From the NCBI GenBank assembly GCA_964304625.1, contig OZ199838.1:798681-854592 (forward strand): a stretch of 55,912 nucleotides of DNA, in the 5' to 3' direction. Numbering within the stretch: position 1 is the first letter of the stretch; each line of letters opens with the position of its first letter. The translations under genes and the position numbers were made by a program. Positions 30,153 through 43,559 of the stretch are shown piece by piece. Origin of the DNA: Kudoa neothunni. Taxonomy: Eukaryota; Animalia; Cnidaria. Below the pieces are notes generated by a model, which saw nothing but the letters and a program-made list of their open reading frames with translations, did not search any database and was not told the origin of the DNA.

Positions 30153-31093
30153 TTAACCTTCTCAATAAAATAATAAAATGGGGTAGATTCTATCCCAAGT
30201 GAATTTTGTCAACAATATTATAGTGTATGACTCCTCTGCACTTTTTTAAATCTTTTATATTAATGTAAGCTTTCAGAAAAAAGAATTGAAATTATTTTTG
30301 TCCTATATCAAAAAAGTTAACGTAAAAACACCCTTCAAATTAAATTGGGGTTGAAATCTCACCCAACTTTCTCTTTATTAAAATTAACTAAAATATTGAT
30401 ACATGTGATTTTTTAAAATTAACAGAAATTCTATTCAGTAAATAATAAATAAATAACGAAACATTATACAAGCGACGCTCGCGCGCACGCGCAACATAGA
30501 TTTTAACATGTCGTTCTCTCCAGAATACAACGATCGCTCCTCAATTTCTCATTATTTTTATACCAGTTATTCAAAATACGATGATCTTTCATCAATTTTC
30601 TTATTTTCTACGATGTAATGTACATTCGAAAACATATGTGAAAACTGTTAATCAATATTCTTAGTTTCGTATTGTAAAGAGCATTAAAAAGACATGATAT
30701 AATTGTTCAATATTTTTACATGTTTTGTGTTTTTCAGTGCAGTTTTACATTAAGTTGTTTAGGAAGAGATAAATTAATTGGTAGCTGTTATAAAACTTGA
30801 ATTAAACTCTAAAATTAAAAAACCACAGAAATACACCTATAAATATAATCATGCTCCATAGAAATCAACAATAAAATTTTCACGCATGCGTACATTGAAT
30901 ATAACTTTAATAATTGGTCATTTATTCAAAATTTACTCAATGAATTTTCCTCATATCTTGTCAGTAAATGTTAAATTTAATTTGAGACAATTTTATCAAT
31001 TAAAAAAGTGGGGTAGATTTCTACCCCATTTTTATATTTTATTTTGAGGGTGTAAATGTTTCAGCCATTTACACTATTACACTTAGAAGGTTA
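30153..31093 (+). mobile_element. ~940-bp TTAA MITE family, copy A
   Basis: TTAA-ccttc start and gaagg-ttag end; palindromes ggggtagatt(t)ctacccc at 30180 and 31010; collinear similarity with 40516-41453. Confidence 0.75.
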
Positions 31094-31215
31094 GAGGAAA
31101 ATTAATTAAATATTTTTATAGCTTAATAACAGCGCAAAACAAACAACAAAGTTAGAAAAAATGAAATAATTATCGAAAGTAAAAAACTGACTACAAAATA
31201 TAAACAGCAAAAATA

Positions 31216-33395
31216 TTAGTACGATCTCCATATATCTTTTAGATAGGAAGAGATCAGAGCGGTATTGGCGGAAACTGATAATTTATCGACAATGAAGTTG
31301 GTTTGAATATTCACGAATGATATCAAGCTGGAGTCTACTTTTATGGGCGGGAATTTTTCGTCATTTAATAGAGTGTTAAAAAAAATTAATTGTCCAACAG
31401 TCTTATTCTCGTGAGAACTGTTATCGTAGACCCACACTAAAATTGATTGTTTCAATGCACCAAATATGAGGCGAAACAATTTCTAATTATTTAAATCAAT
31501 AAAAAACTATAAGTAGCTCTATTCTACCTTAATATCATTAGAATTCCACAATGATTCGAGAGTTTTGTTGAGTTTGAGCAGTTGAACAGATAACGTGTTA
31601 GATAGTGCACTATTGAGGGTGGATTTTTCTATGCTTTTCCAGCTATCCCACTATAAACACACGACGGTTATTAGATTCCAACAGGAATAATTCAATGATA
31701 CAGAACAATAATGGTCAAATATATACTTCATCAACTTTATTGTTGAATAATTTAACCACAATTTCAACTATTTTACTTAGGATTTCCTCCTTATACAAAA
31801 TGATAGATTGTTGGATGATTTGATAATTTGAATAGTTGAAGATGTGCAGGTCGGTTGATTGTGGAAATAATTCATCAGCCGTACATTCACTACTCCTAGG
31901 AGTCGGTTTACCACGCTGAAAAGTTTCTCTTTCTTGAATCTTTCCTTTCAATTGATGAAGTGCATGTGCACTTTTATGAAACATGGTTTCATAAACACAT
32001 TTGGATATCACCAGTTTTTGACCGCCTTTCTGCGATTTATCCACAAAATACAAAGCTATCCGAAGCAACACCAACACAAAATCAATACATTGATAATGAA
32101 TAGCTATAAAGATATTTTATCAGTTTTTTGGATTTCAAAAAAAAGACAATCATAAATACCAAGGGTTTTGGCGGTTATATTTTTTATAACTCCATAATCG
32201 AGTGCCTCAGCTCCCAGCAGCAATCTATTGCTATTTATGAGATATACCTACACAATATTTACTATCATGATAAATCATCCAACAATTTACATCAGTGATC
32301 CGAAAAATTTCATCTAAAACATGCTCCATCACAATATTTGAGTAGGTGGAAATATCGACATGATGATTTGAGATATCATTGGTTAATGAATTATTATTGA
32401 TAATAAGGATACAGCTGTTGTGGTCGATTTGTGTATCCAAATCGTTATCATAATTCACAATATTCTGACTTCCGATGGCAATAAATGGTATAAAACAGAT
32501 ACACTCGACGATGAAATGTATGATCAAAAGTAGTGAACTAAAAGTTTCAGTTAGAGTCAATATAAGAACTTAATTTTTAGCTGTTAAAATGAACAATTAT
32601 TTTTGTAGAATGCATCTTAAATAATTTAATTGATGATTATTAATAAAAATCAAACTTACAACTACAACAACTCAAACATTTATTTAAATATATCTAAATA
32701 GATAATGTATTTAAATATGCAATATGTTTATTATATCTGGTCACTAAAAATTATATATATATATATACATTAAATAGGTCTTAACAAATCTCCCATAATA
32801 CATAATATTTGATAATTTTACTCCAAAAGAATTATGTTTTTCAAGCGTATTAATATATTTATATATGATTGAAAAGCATATTTAACGTAAATTTTTCCGA
32901 ATATATTTAAAATTTTATGCGAATGCACAAATTAAAAAAATCCCCTAAAACCGATGAAATCAATTTTCTTACCTAGTAGCTAGATAGTGTTTGCTGCATG
33001 TTAGCTTTAGTTTATTGTGTGAATCGGTTACATTATCACCACATAAACCGACATAATTCCCATCATAGTGGTTTACAATAAGAAATTCTTGATGAAATAA
33101 GGGTTGATCATCAAACATTGAAAGACAATTGTGAGTGGCTCCATACAACATAAAATCGAGATGGTGTTGATAAACGTATACATTTTCGTCAATCACATCC
33201 CAACAATCTAGTTCTAAAGAGGATATCAACTTTTTCTGTCTATTCTCGTTCCACACAACCAAATAGCTATGAAGTAGCAAATCCAATGTGGTCAAATATT
33301 TGTGATAATCCTCACGAACCACATTAACCAATATGGGAACAGCAGAAAATGCAGTTTTAATGCATTCTGAGGTGGGTTGTGTAGGATAGGCAATC
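31216..33395 (-). CDS. Multi-exon gene of unknown function (3' part)
   Basis: Co-oriented ORFs 31216-31479, 31715-32077, 32231-32560 and 32969-33331 have higher GC than flanks and plausible GT/AG ends (donors ~32971 and ~31528; acceptor ~33395). No recognised motif. Confidence 0.6.
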
Positions 33396-34417
33396 TAAAA
33401 AAATATATTAACACTAATAATGCAAATAAACAATTTAATATTTTATTTTAGATAATCTTAATAATATATACACGAATTTTAGTTGAAAAAAATTATAATT
33501 TCATTTGACTCAGTCTCCTCATATTATTCCCCACTATACAATATTTGATATAACAAAAGTAGAAAAACTTTCGCTCAGAAAATTTGTAAAATAAGAGAAT
33601 TATTACGTAATTCTGATGTTATCTACTGCTTAAAATTCTGGTCTACAATCTCTGAGAAAGTGTTTCGATGTGGAAATAGTTTTGAAGCATAAATTCGGCG
33701 CATAAAAAGATAATTCTCATTTAATCAAGAATTAAGTGTTCAATGTATCTATTGATGACTTCAATATAGTTATGAAAATCCTCAATACCCTAAGAAAATA
33801 AGGATGCTTCCAAATAGGTAGTTGTTGATAGTATTTCAATTCCTTGTTTTAACGCCCTACGCATTTTTAATAAAAATGTTGCTTCTTATCATTATAAAAT
33901 GATTATAAAATTTTGGATGATTTTTCTATTTGAACAATTATTAATTGATTTAATAAAATATATTATATTTTTTAATATATATTATAAAAGTGTTAACAAA
34001 TAATTTTAAACAAATTTTTAATTATAAATTTTATCATGTAAATTTACTAGCAAATATTTTCTATTCAGAATTTCAGTTATTATATAAATTCGCATTGATA
34101 TTATGTATTATAATGTATAAATAACACATTATTTTAAAATAGACGTAAAATCTATTATCTGAATATTAATTTCATATTATTTAAGTCGTGAATTTTTTTC
34201 AACATGTATGATTTTTTATTAATTAAATATTATGATAATTTTTAAATAAAGACGAAACTAGAAAATTAATACTAAACCAGATGATAAAGATGGCAAATAA
34301 AAACAAAAATTATTTTTATTAAACCAACAAAACAAGGAATAAAACTACTTTGACTATATTCAAGTAATTATAAGATTAAACATTAATAATATTTTTCTAT
34401 TTTGAATTTATTATCTT

Positions 34418-35510
34418 TATAGCCCTTCCTGTCGGATTTGGACTTAATTTTGGATAGACAAATTCGAATAATCCATAAATTTCGGAATCCTTCTAAAAAA
34501 CTTAAGCAATTTAATCGGTGTAAATATATTACATTTTAAAAAATTCATATCGGTTAATTTAATAATTTTTATGCTTTACAGACAAAAGTATATTTTTCTT
34601 TTATATTTGAAGATTTAGATATATATGATGTAATATTTAATTTATTAAATAATGGTTTTTAGCATATCACAGAATTTCACCGCGGTTTTCTGAGTCTAAA
34701 TGCCAAAATAACTTAACTAATTTCATATTTACTTCTCATTATTATAAGCTTGTCATTTGAAGGATGTGGGTAGTTCCTTTGTAAAACTTTTAATTTTAAT
34801 GATTTTTAAAGAGACTCAATGGAGTATTTTAAATATAGTGGATTTTTTTAATTAGCTTTATAATTATGAAAACCTAATTCTGATATTTTTAAATTTATTA
34901 GATAGAATTTTTTAAACGGAGAAATACAGAAAAAATTAAAGATTACATCACATAAATAATGCGATATATCTAATGTTTTCAAATAGAAAATTGTCTGACA
35001 AAAAGGGATGTACAAACCAAATTTATATACTTAGTTTGAACGTTACCTTATATATGTTTTAAAAATTATGTTAAATTACTCATTAGATCCAAGGCACCTT
35101 TATTCAATTTAATCCTTACTTGTTAATTTGTTGTTTCCGATTTGATAAGATCATGCTGTCCGCTCTGAACAATTTTACCTATGAGTTCTTCTCTTAAAGT
35201 AGTTATCATTTAGAAAGTTACTTTGTTTTCAGTTAGAATATGTTTAATTTTAATTTTTGTATCATTAAATTCATTCTTAATTTTAAATAGCCGATATTGA
35301 TACATTATGGGACTCTGTTTTGAAGCCTACTAATGTACCATAATCAATTAAATTTTAAATTTATTTTGCAGAACATCTTCTAAATAGTTTTAAAAAAACA
35401 TGACATTAAGAAATTAAATATCATTAAGACAGTTTTTTTTTCTGGTCCCGGACCGACCCCATCGGAACAAGAGTGATTCTTTTCCGTGAAATACGTACAG
35501 GGAGGGTTAA
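34418..35510 (-). mobile_element. ~1.1-kb non-autonomous piggyBac/MITE, copy 2 (inverted)
   Basis: Reverse complement of the 27773-28770 core. Right end is acagggaggg-TTAA; left end cccttcctgtcgga is degraded. Confidence 0.9.
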
Positions 35511-36054
35511 TATTGTTTGAATTAAAACCATCTTTTGAAATATAATAATTAAAGAAACGAGAACTCGATTATTTAAACATGTTTTGCACGGATCTTTAAC
35601 GCTTAGCTGTAAGTTACACCACATTAGTATTATCTTCAAATGGTTAAAAATTTTCTCACACTAATATGCAAATGAATTTATTGAAAAATTTAAGGTGGTT
35701 TGGACGTTACATATTACTTAAATGTGACCTTATGGATCTTATATAATTGGAATTTTATGCAACAATCCATTGTTTTATTCTCACATTATCATACCATAGG
35801 CTTAAAAATACTTAGTAATTTTTAGAGTCAGAGACTTAATTAAATAGTATATTCAAAAGGGTTTACATTTTTCGAGTGGAAATTCACGATAATGTCAAAT
35901 ATATTGTGAACAACATCCCTAGTATCGATATAGAAATTATCCATGAGATCAAGTATGTATGCAGTATCCAAATTTTTTGTTGAATCGGCTTAATAAGTGG
36001 TGGTAATGCCAGTTTGAATAATTTAATTAAAAATACTCGCATTAAAAATATGTT

Positions 36055-36890
36055 TCAGCTTTCCTTGATGTATTTTTTTTGTAAGGATAGTTCTGGTTGT
36101 TTGAAAAAATGCCTAAAATAAATTAATAATTGGAAAACACCACAATCACCAACCTCAATGATATTAAAATACACTGCAAACATTTTATAGAACCACACAT
36201 AAAAATGTTTCCAATTTCTCGAAGAAAACACAACGTTAGGGAGCATCTGAGTAAATGTGATACAATCGGTCACATTTTTTTTTGAGTAGAATCTACAAAC
36301 CGATATCAAATTTGAAACAATAAATTGTATGAGTTAATTTAACATACAATAAATTGGAGAGAACAAGAGATTCATTCTGTATATCATCATCACCATTATC
36401 GGCAACCGTTTCCGTCGTGCCCGTATTATTCTCGGTTCCTCTTTCATGCAAATTACAGTATTCAGAATACTATAATCAAATTTAAATCATATGCTAACCT
36501 CACATAAGTTTTTTACGTTGTCAATTTGGTGATGTAGTAGAAATGTGATAGCATTTTTGTATATATCAACAAATATTGATGGTTTTAATATTACCACTAC
36601 GGTCAAAATATCGCAATAAGTATTACAATCCTATACAGAAACAGAATAATTAAATGCGAGGATATGAGTAAATTCAGGCATATACAAAAAGTCCATGATA
36701 ATGCTTGAGAAAACGATTTATATTCAAAGAAAATGTTGTCCAACAGTTGGGATCGTTGTAGCAACAGGCGATAATACTGTCAAAGGATTCCGTGAAGAAT
36801 TTGTACATCTCATTCTTGATAGCAACGATGAAATTCATTTTTTGATACTGTAATTGATTAGTGATTCCGCTAATAGAATATCAATTTTAG

Positions 36891-36931
<41 letters not shown>

Positions 36932-37700
36932 AACAATATAAAATATATAAAATATGTAAGGGAGTGGGAATGTAAATAATGAATTATTTGAGTTATCAAA
37001 GGAAATTTTTTGCGAAAAAAAAATCGATAACAAATACAGATTATAATATTTTAATTTATATTTGTTTATATATAGTTATTTCCCAACGTTTATTCGCAAG
37101 CGTCAGTATAATGAATGAATTAATTGTATTCTCAATGATGACCATTTAAATTGCAAATGAAATTGAACTGGCTAAATTATATAATGACCAATTTCCTATT
37201 AAAATATAGAACAAACACTAATAATCTATTAACTGTCGAAGGACCGTGAGTCGAAAAACTCAGTATATATCCTTAAGGGTCGTTTATAACCTCACAATTA
37301 TTTTCTTATTTTATTGCGCAATTGACCCAAAAAGCTATCCTTGCAATAATTATTCATAACGCAGTTATATTAGCCGATTAAAAGTTTGTTCTAGAGATAA
37401 TAAAGTTGCAAAAAAATGTAATTCATCCTTCAATAAAATATTATAAACATCTGCATCAAAATGCATATTGTTGTTTATTTTGGGTTTTGATATATGTTTT
37501 ATTGTATTTAAAATGTTGAAAGTTTCTGCGAGTAAAATAATTGCGTCCAATCAAATACATATAAGAAATACACATAAGCAACCGGGCATGATATCAGCAA
37601 AACATCGTTAATCACAAAACTGAAAGTAGGATTAAGTCTGGATCACGATTGTAAATATCTGAGTATGTTTATACATTCAAAGTAAAAAATTTAAGTATGA
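36055..37700 (-). CDS. Probable exons of an unknown gene, possibly the 5' part of the 31216-33395 gene
   Basis: Coding-like minus-strand blocks (36055-36309, ~36340-36470, ~36500-36630, ~36680-36870, 37365-37700) separated by short AT-rich intron-like gaps. Confidence 0.4.
36893..36926. repeat. (TA)n microsatellite
   Basis: About 17 TA units. Confidence 0.95.
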
Positions 37701-37789
37701 GACATTTAAATTAATTTCACTTAAAATAAATTACATTAACTTAAGGATTTTTTAAAGAGAGGGAAATTTTTCCAAAGATAACATTCAAT

Positions 37790-39480
37790 CGGTTTCTAAG
37801 CTACATGTTTGACAGTAGCCAATGTTTTTTGGAATCTATGAGACGAGCAAATAGATCTCTGGCAGTTTAATAACGTATTTAGTTGTTTGGTCAGTGTTTC
37901 GCAAACAAATACACATCATGATCTTTTGCACAGACCAATGATATCTGCTGAATTAGACGTTTCCCCATTAACGATACATTTATTAAATAGTTCGAAACTA
38001 TATATTTAAATGCGAGTGATAATGGTTATTGAAAGTGTGACGCAATATAACATTCGGTTTAATTAGTTCAATGCATAACTCTGAGAAAATTTTGACGCCT
38101 GCTACGATCATTGACTCTCCAACCGGGAAACTTCGATGTCCATGTAACGTAGCAATTGAATGCTGTTATATCAACAAGATCCAAGAACATACGAAAAGAC
38201 CATCTCCTCGTTGCTCTTGAACAACTATAAAATTTAGTCATTCGATCTCAATTGTTAACACCGCCCTTCGTTCTATTATATTGTTTAATAATTTCCAGTC
38301 ATTTTCATCCACCTGAATTGATAACATTTTCAGTTATTTCAGTAGATATTAAAAAAAAGCATGATTTATTGATTTATGGATTTATTGATTTATGGATTTA
38401 TTGATTTATGAATTTATGTTGGAGGGCATATGACACCATCGTTATGTTATTATTGAAACAAAAGGTTGACGACAGTTCAACTTGATTTGTCTACTTTAGC
38501 AAATGTTCCCGAACAAATCCATTTCTGCGTACAATAGTTCACGTTAACGTGATATTGTTTTGTAACAAATATGTAGCTAGAGGAACAGTTGTAATAGGGT
38601 TCTCTTTAGTAACACCACCAACCATCTTTCCAGTGTAAGGTTGCATGTTGATCAGATATGATGTACATGCAATATCGGCGGCAACACACAACTCCATCCC
38701 ATAGTGATCTGGTTTGTTCTTGATATAGACTCAGAAAGGACACCATCCTTTCGTTAACAGTAATGTGTGAGCCAAGAGAGTAATTCCGACCTAATGGATT
38801 ATTTATTTGGGTAAATACTTCTCGAATTGGCTCAAATTTATCAGTCGACAAATTAAAACGATCTTGTCTGGTATGTTTATCGTCGAATCGTATTACCCTA
38901 TATATGTGAGTAAACGACTTCGAGGTATGGCCGCCGAGAAGAAATATTGCTCGAAAAGTGGGTTGACGTCCTAAATGTTTTTGAACGACAGTTTTGATCC
39001 TTTACACCTTCCAGTTACAATTAATATTCCCGAAAATGGTTTTATCTCTTCCATCGTTATTTTTTTCATTGTTATATCTTTTATTCGATTCACAAAACTT
39101 ATTGGTGAAGATAAAACCTTCTCAAGGATGGTATCATAAAAAAAGAGACTAAAGCATTCAAGAATGTTTTGGAAATTTGTAGCATCACCTATAGGACCAG
39201 GGTTATTTGTGGCAAAATTGTGTGTTCTAGTTCGTGTCCTTGTTTTATTGGTAAGTTCCCATTGAACTCCTGATTTAGACATAGGCATATCACAAGAATT
39301 TTGAAAATGATGTTCATCGTCGTGCTCAGAATCATAATATGATTCTAACTCTTCTATTATATCTTCATAGTATGACGCATCTGACAATTCACCTTCAAAT
39401 TGTAGATCGCTATCGATAGTTTCACCAATCTCGATAATGTCGTCAATCAATATATTGATATCATTATCAAAAAGCATTTG
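37790..39480 (-). mobile_element. piggyBac transposase pseudogene
   Basis: Acidic N-terminus, then PGPIGDA..ILECFSLFF, DKFEPIREVF and GSHITVNERMVSF; YNRTKGGVN..RATRRWSFRMF at 38190-38280; Cys-rich C-terminus near 37800-37930. Termini not resolved. Confidence 0.9.
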
Positions 39481-40515
39481 TAAATATAAACTTCTGCGTA
39501 AATTAATTAATTACCTAAAAGTGAATAATATACTTTATTTACTCATAAATTTTAAGACACGTGTAGCCTGTAAATTCTAATTTAATCCTATGATGTCATC
39601 ATAATACTACAATAGGTAAAAGGAAAACCTGTAATTTGAACATTTCATGAGCATTTCTTGAACGTTCAATATATAAATATATATATATATATTTATACAT
39701 TAATGGCGACAAGTTATTGTTGTATATATTTATCATTTAATAATTACAAAACAAATTTGGAATATGAAGTATGGGGGCGTATGGAGAGCTTGTGCTCAAT
39801 AATACTAGCATTTTTTCTCGGATAAATTCTAATATTTTTCAAAATTTTGAATTTATATATTTTCTAAGGTCACGTTAAATTTGACGGGAATCTATGGGAT
39901 TTCCATTTTTAAAAATAAGATATACCGAAAATAGAGTAAGGAGAGACTCCGCTTGGTCCCCCAACGATTAATCTCTCCAAAATAGCTCGAACTAAAAAAA
40001 TAAGAAAAAATCTTATTTAATATTTTAATTTCAAAATAAATAAAATTTCGTGAATGTTGTAAAATATAACGTGTAATCATTGAATGGATCACGAATGATA
40101 ATTAAACAACAATATATATATATATAACATAATATTTATACATTTTTTAAAGAATGATGACCATATTCTAAAATAAGCTATTTATAAATCTCTTATTTTT
40201 AGACTTTATTACCTCTAGATATTCGAAGGTCAAATAAAGAAATGAAAATAAATTACCATCACAGTTTAAACATATTACAAATAGGTTTAAACACTAAAAG
40301 AAAACTCAAACAACCCATTATTCATTAAAAAAATTAAATAAACATTATCTTTATTATTTATTTTAAATACTTAATTCCTAATTATAATAAAATGCAATAA
40401 CATTAAAAACGATTTCGAAATAATAAATATTTGTTGTTTGAGATAAAATACAGAAATGATTAATTAAATAAAACAAATTTCTACATTATTTTATTTATGG
40501 TACGATTTCCTATGG

Positions 40516-41453
40516 TTAAAATCTAAGAATAATAAAAATGGTGTAGATTTCTACCCAAATGAATTATATCAACAATATTATAGCGTATTAATGGGAAATA
40601 GCTCCTCACCAGTTTTTTCAATCATATATCATTATGAAAGCATTCGGAACAATGAAGTGAATTTTTTACGAGATTTATCAAAAAAGTTTGTGTAAAACAC
40701 CTTTCAAATAAAATTGGGGTATAATAAATCTACTCCATATTTTTCTTCCAGAAAATTATTTAAAATGTTGACACACCATTTAAAAAAAATACGGGAATTC
40801 TATTGAGTAAATAATGAATTATTAACGAAACACTATACATGCGATACCCGCCCCCTCATGCACCAACGTAACATCGATATAAGCATGTCATCCACCCCTG
40901 AACGCAACGATAACTCCTCTTACTCTGATTATTCATATATTAGTTATTCAAAATATGTGAAAATTGTTAATCAGTATTATTATTATTATTATTATTCAAA
41001 GTTTCTTATTGTAGAGAACACTAAGAAAATGATATTTTTGTTCAACATTTCGACAATTTTTATGTTTGGAAAGTGTTTAAAAGCATATATGATAACTTTT
41101 TTGTGAAATAACGATTGTTTTTCAAAATTTTGTTTTTTTCTACGCGGTATTTCACTGCGTTATTTAAAATAAGATAAATTAATTGACAGTCATCATAAAC
41201 TTAAATTTGTGTTAAAACTAAGAAACCGCAGAATTACACCTATAAATACAATCATACTCCAAAGAAACGTAACAACAAAAACATGAGCAAAATATAACTT
41301 TAATAATTGCTCATTAATTCAAATTTTCCTCAGATAAAAGTAAATCCATTCTAACTTTTATTTGAAACAATTCTACCAAATAAAAACGTGTGTTAAATTT
41401 CTACCCTATTTTTAATTGGAGGATGTATATTTTTCAGCTACTTGGAAGATTAA
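40516..41453 (+). mobile_element. ~940-bp TTAA MITE family, copy B
   Basis: Collinear with 30153-31093 (e.g. tcaacaatattatag, ttcaaat..aaattgggg, tacacctataaata); TTAA at both ends. Confidence 0.75.
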
Positions 41454-41952
41454 CAAAACACAGCTAAGAAATTATTAAAAAAATATTCCTATACGAGTGA
41501 AATAATTTGGTATTAAATGAGGTGTACAATTATGATATATCCATCAAAATCTTCGTATAAAGCAGATTTAACTCAAAAATCGCTTTACAACGTTACAAAG
41601 ATGCCAAATTTTGTAAAATGAAGAAAAAGTAAATATATCGCCAGAAAATAATTAAAAATAAATTTAAATAATTTATAGATATTACAAAAATTATTGAATT
41701 TGATATGAAAATTTATCCAAAAGTATTAACGAAATATTATTTGTTCAAAATGTATTATTGAGTAACAATTACTGGATAATGGGTTATTTATTCTTAAAGA
41801 CATATAAATTTTTTATTATTAATAGAAATAAGAAATATTACTTTATGTATACTTTTCAATAAAAAATTATTAAACCGGCCATATTGGTCTCAATTAACAG
41901 TTACATGATCATAGAATCAGTCACCCAAATATACCTTATATATTTCAACTCA

Positions 41953-43310
41953 TTAAACATCTAACAATCTTGGGATAGATTTTACCCAAGACTATTTTGT
42001 TGTATTGAGCATACCAATTTAATTTCATTTATTAAATCTCACCAAATTTTCAATATTACTGGAACTTAAAATGATTTAATTTCACCAAACAAATTAACAA
42101 ATGGGAAGAAACTAATGAAAAGAAAATATTTTATTTAAATATTATTCTCTATCGTTATTTTGGGTGAAATTTACCCATGTTTATTTTTTAATTAAAAATA
42201 TTACAAAAAATGCAACCTACCTCTAACTAAAATAAAATAAAATTCCTATTAGTAGTTTTTTTAGAAAGTAAGGAAATGTCAGATAAAATAATTAAATCGC
42301 ACGAGCGAATATATGAGGATGTGCGATTCTAATGATTTCATTGATGAATTTTGTTGTTCAAGGAATGAACATCATATTTTTGACGAATATGTCTTCTTAC
42401 CCATATTTCTTGCCGATAATATGTAAAATGTTGGGGAAAATAGACCACAGAGACATTACCTTAACAACTTGAGATACAACAAGGCCTTCAACCATCAACA
42501 AATAGAGCCTCTTATAGCAGCATTTTTGTATTCCGTGAAAGTATATATGTTGGTATCTTATGCTCTCAATAAATCAAAAAGCGTGATTGTTTTTTAAAGA
42601 TCGTTGAACAATTGAATAAAATATTGTTGACAACAAATTCCACCAACAACGCAATAAAAATAGTTCTCAGCATTGTTTATGCATCCCAAGAGAAACCTCT
42701 CCTTAATGTCCTAATGTCTGTCTTAATGATGTGTTAATATGAAGCGAACAAAAAGTGGATACAGTGAGAGGGAAAATAACAAAAAATCTTATGAATGGCG
42801 CGAATATTGTTATAATGTTTATTGTCCAATTCACGTATTTAAAAACTATTTTAACATCGCATAACTGTCAAGAATTTTTTTTATGTTTTGTTTTAATATT
42901 TCAACCGGTGCAACACGTTTAATTCCGCCGAATTAACGCAATTACTTTACTAATGAAACATCGAGCTGTACCGACTTAAGACGGATCGTAAACGAAGGCG
43001 ATTATCTTGTGGTGGATTACGTCAAAATTTAATAAGCATTTGCCAGTATTTTATCCATATGAATTGAAAATTATTTTGCAATATTGATTATTGGATTTTT
43101 TTAAAGCGTTATAATTAAAAAAAAGCGGGGTAAAATTTACCCCAAAGTCCATTACACCCATCCATTACACGTTTATCTTCATCTATGTTGGGATCAATAA
43201 TTTATAAGTTCTCAACAGCTCAAATACAAAAATTAAAAAATCCCAGCTATTGCTATATATCACAATACTATATATACTTTTTAATAATTGTAGATATTTC
43301 AAAGGTTTAA
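41953..43310 (+). mobile_element. Old internally deleted piggyBac-like element
   Basis: TTAA ends; palindromes gggatagattttaccc (41972), gggtgaaatttaccc (42162) and ggggtaaaatttacccc (43127); decayed coding-like interior. Confidence 0.5.
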
Positions 43311-43559
43311 TATTGATTAAAAATTAATTACAAAACAACAAAGTACTTAATATTTAAAGGCTTAATTTTGGATTCGTGCGTTCACCTTTTATCATTTTGT
43401 TGTAAAACTTGGTACATTTTTATGTAGTTTCACCCAAATTTTAAATAATTTTTTCTATCAATCGATCACAATGCTTTTATTGGTGATTGATGAAATTCTC
43501 GCAAAAATACGCAAAAATTAAATGTGTAACAACAAAATCTATACTCAACATAATATAAA

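Noticed and set aside
38365-38420. 16-bp repeat (atttattgatttatgg) x3
   Set aside because: Local slippage inside a dead transposase.
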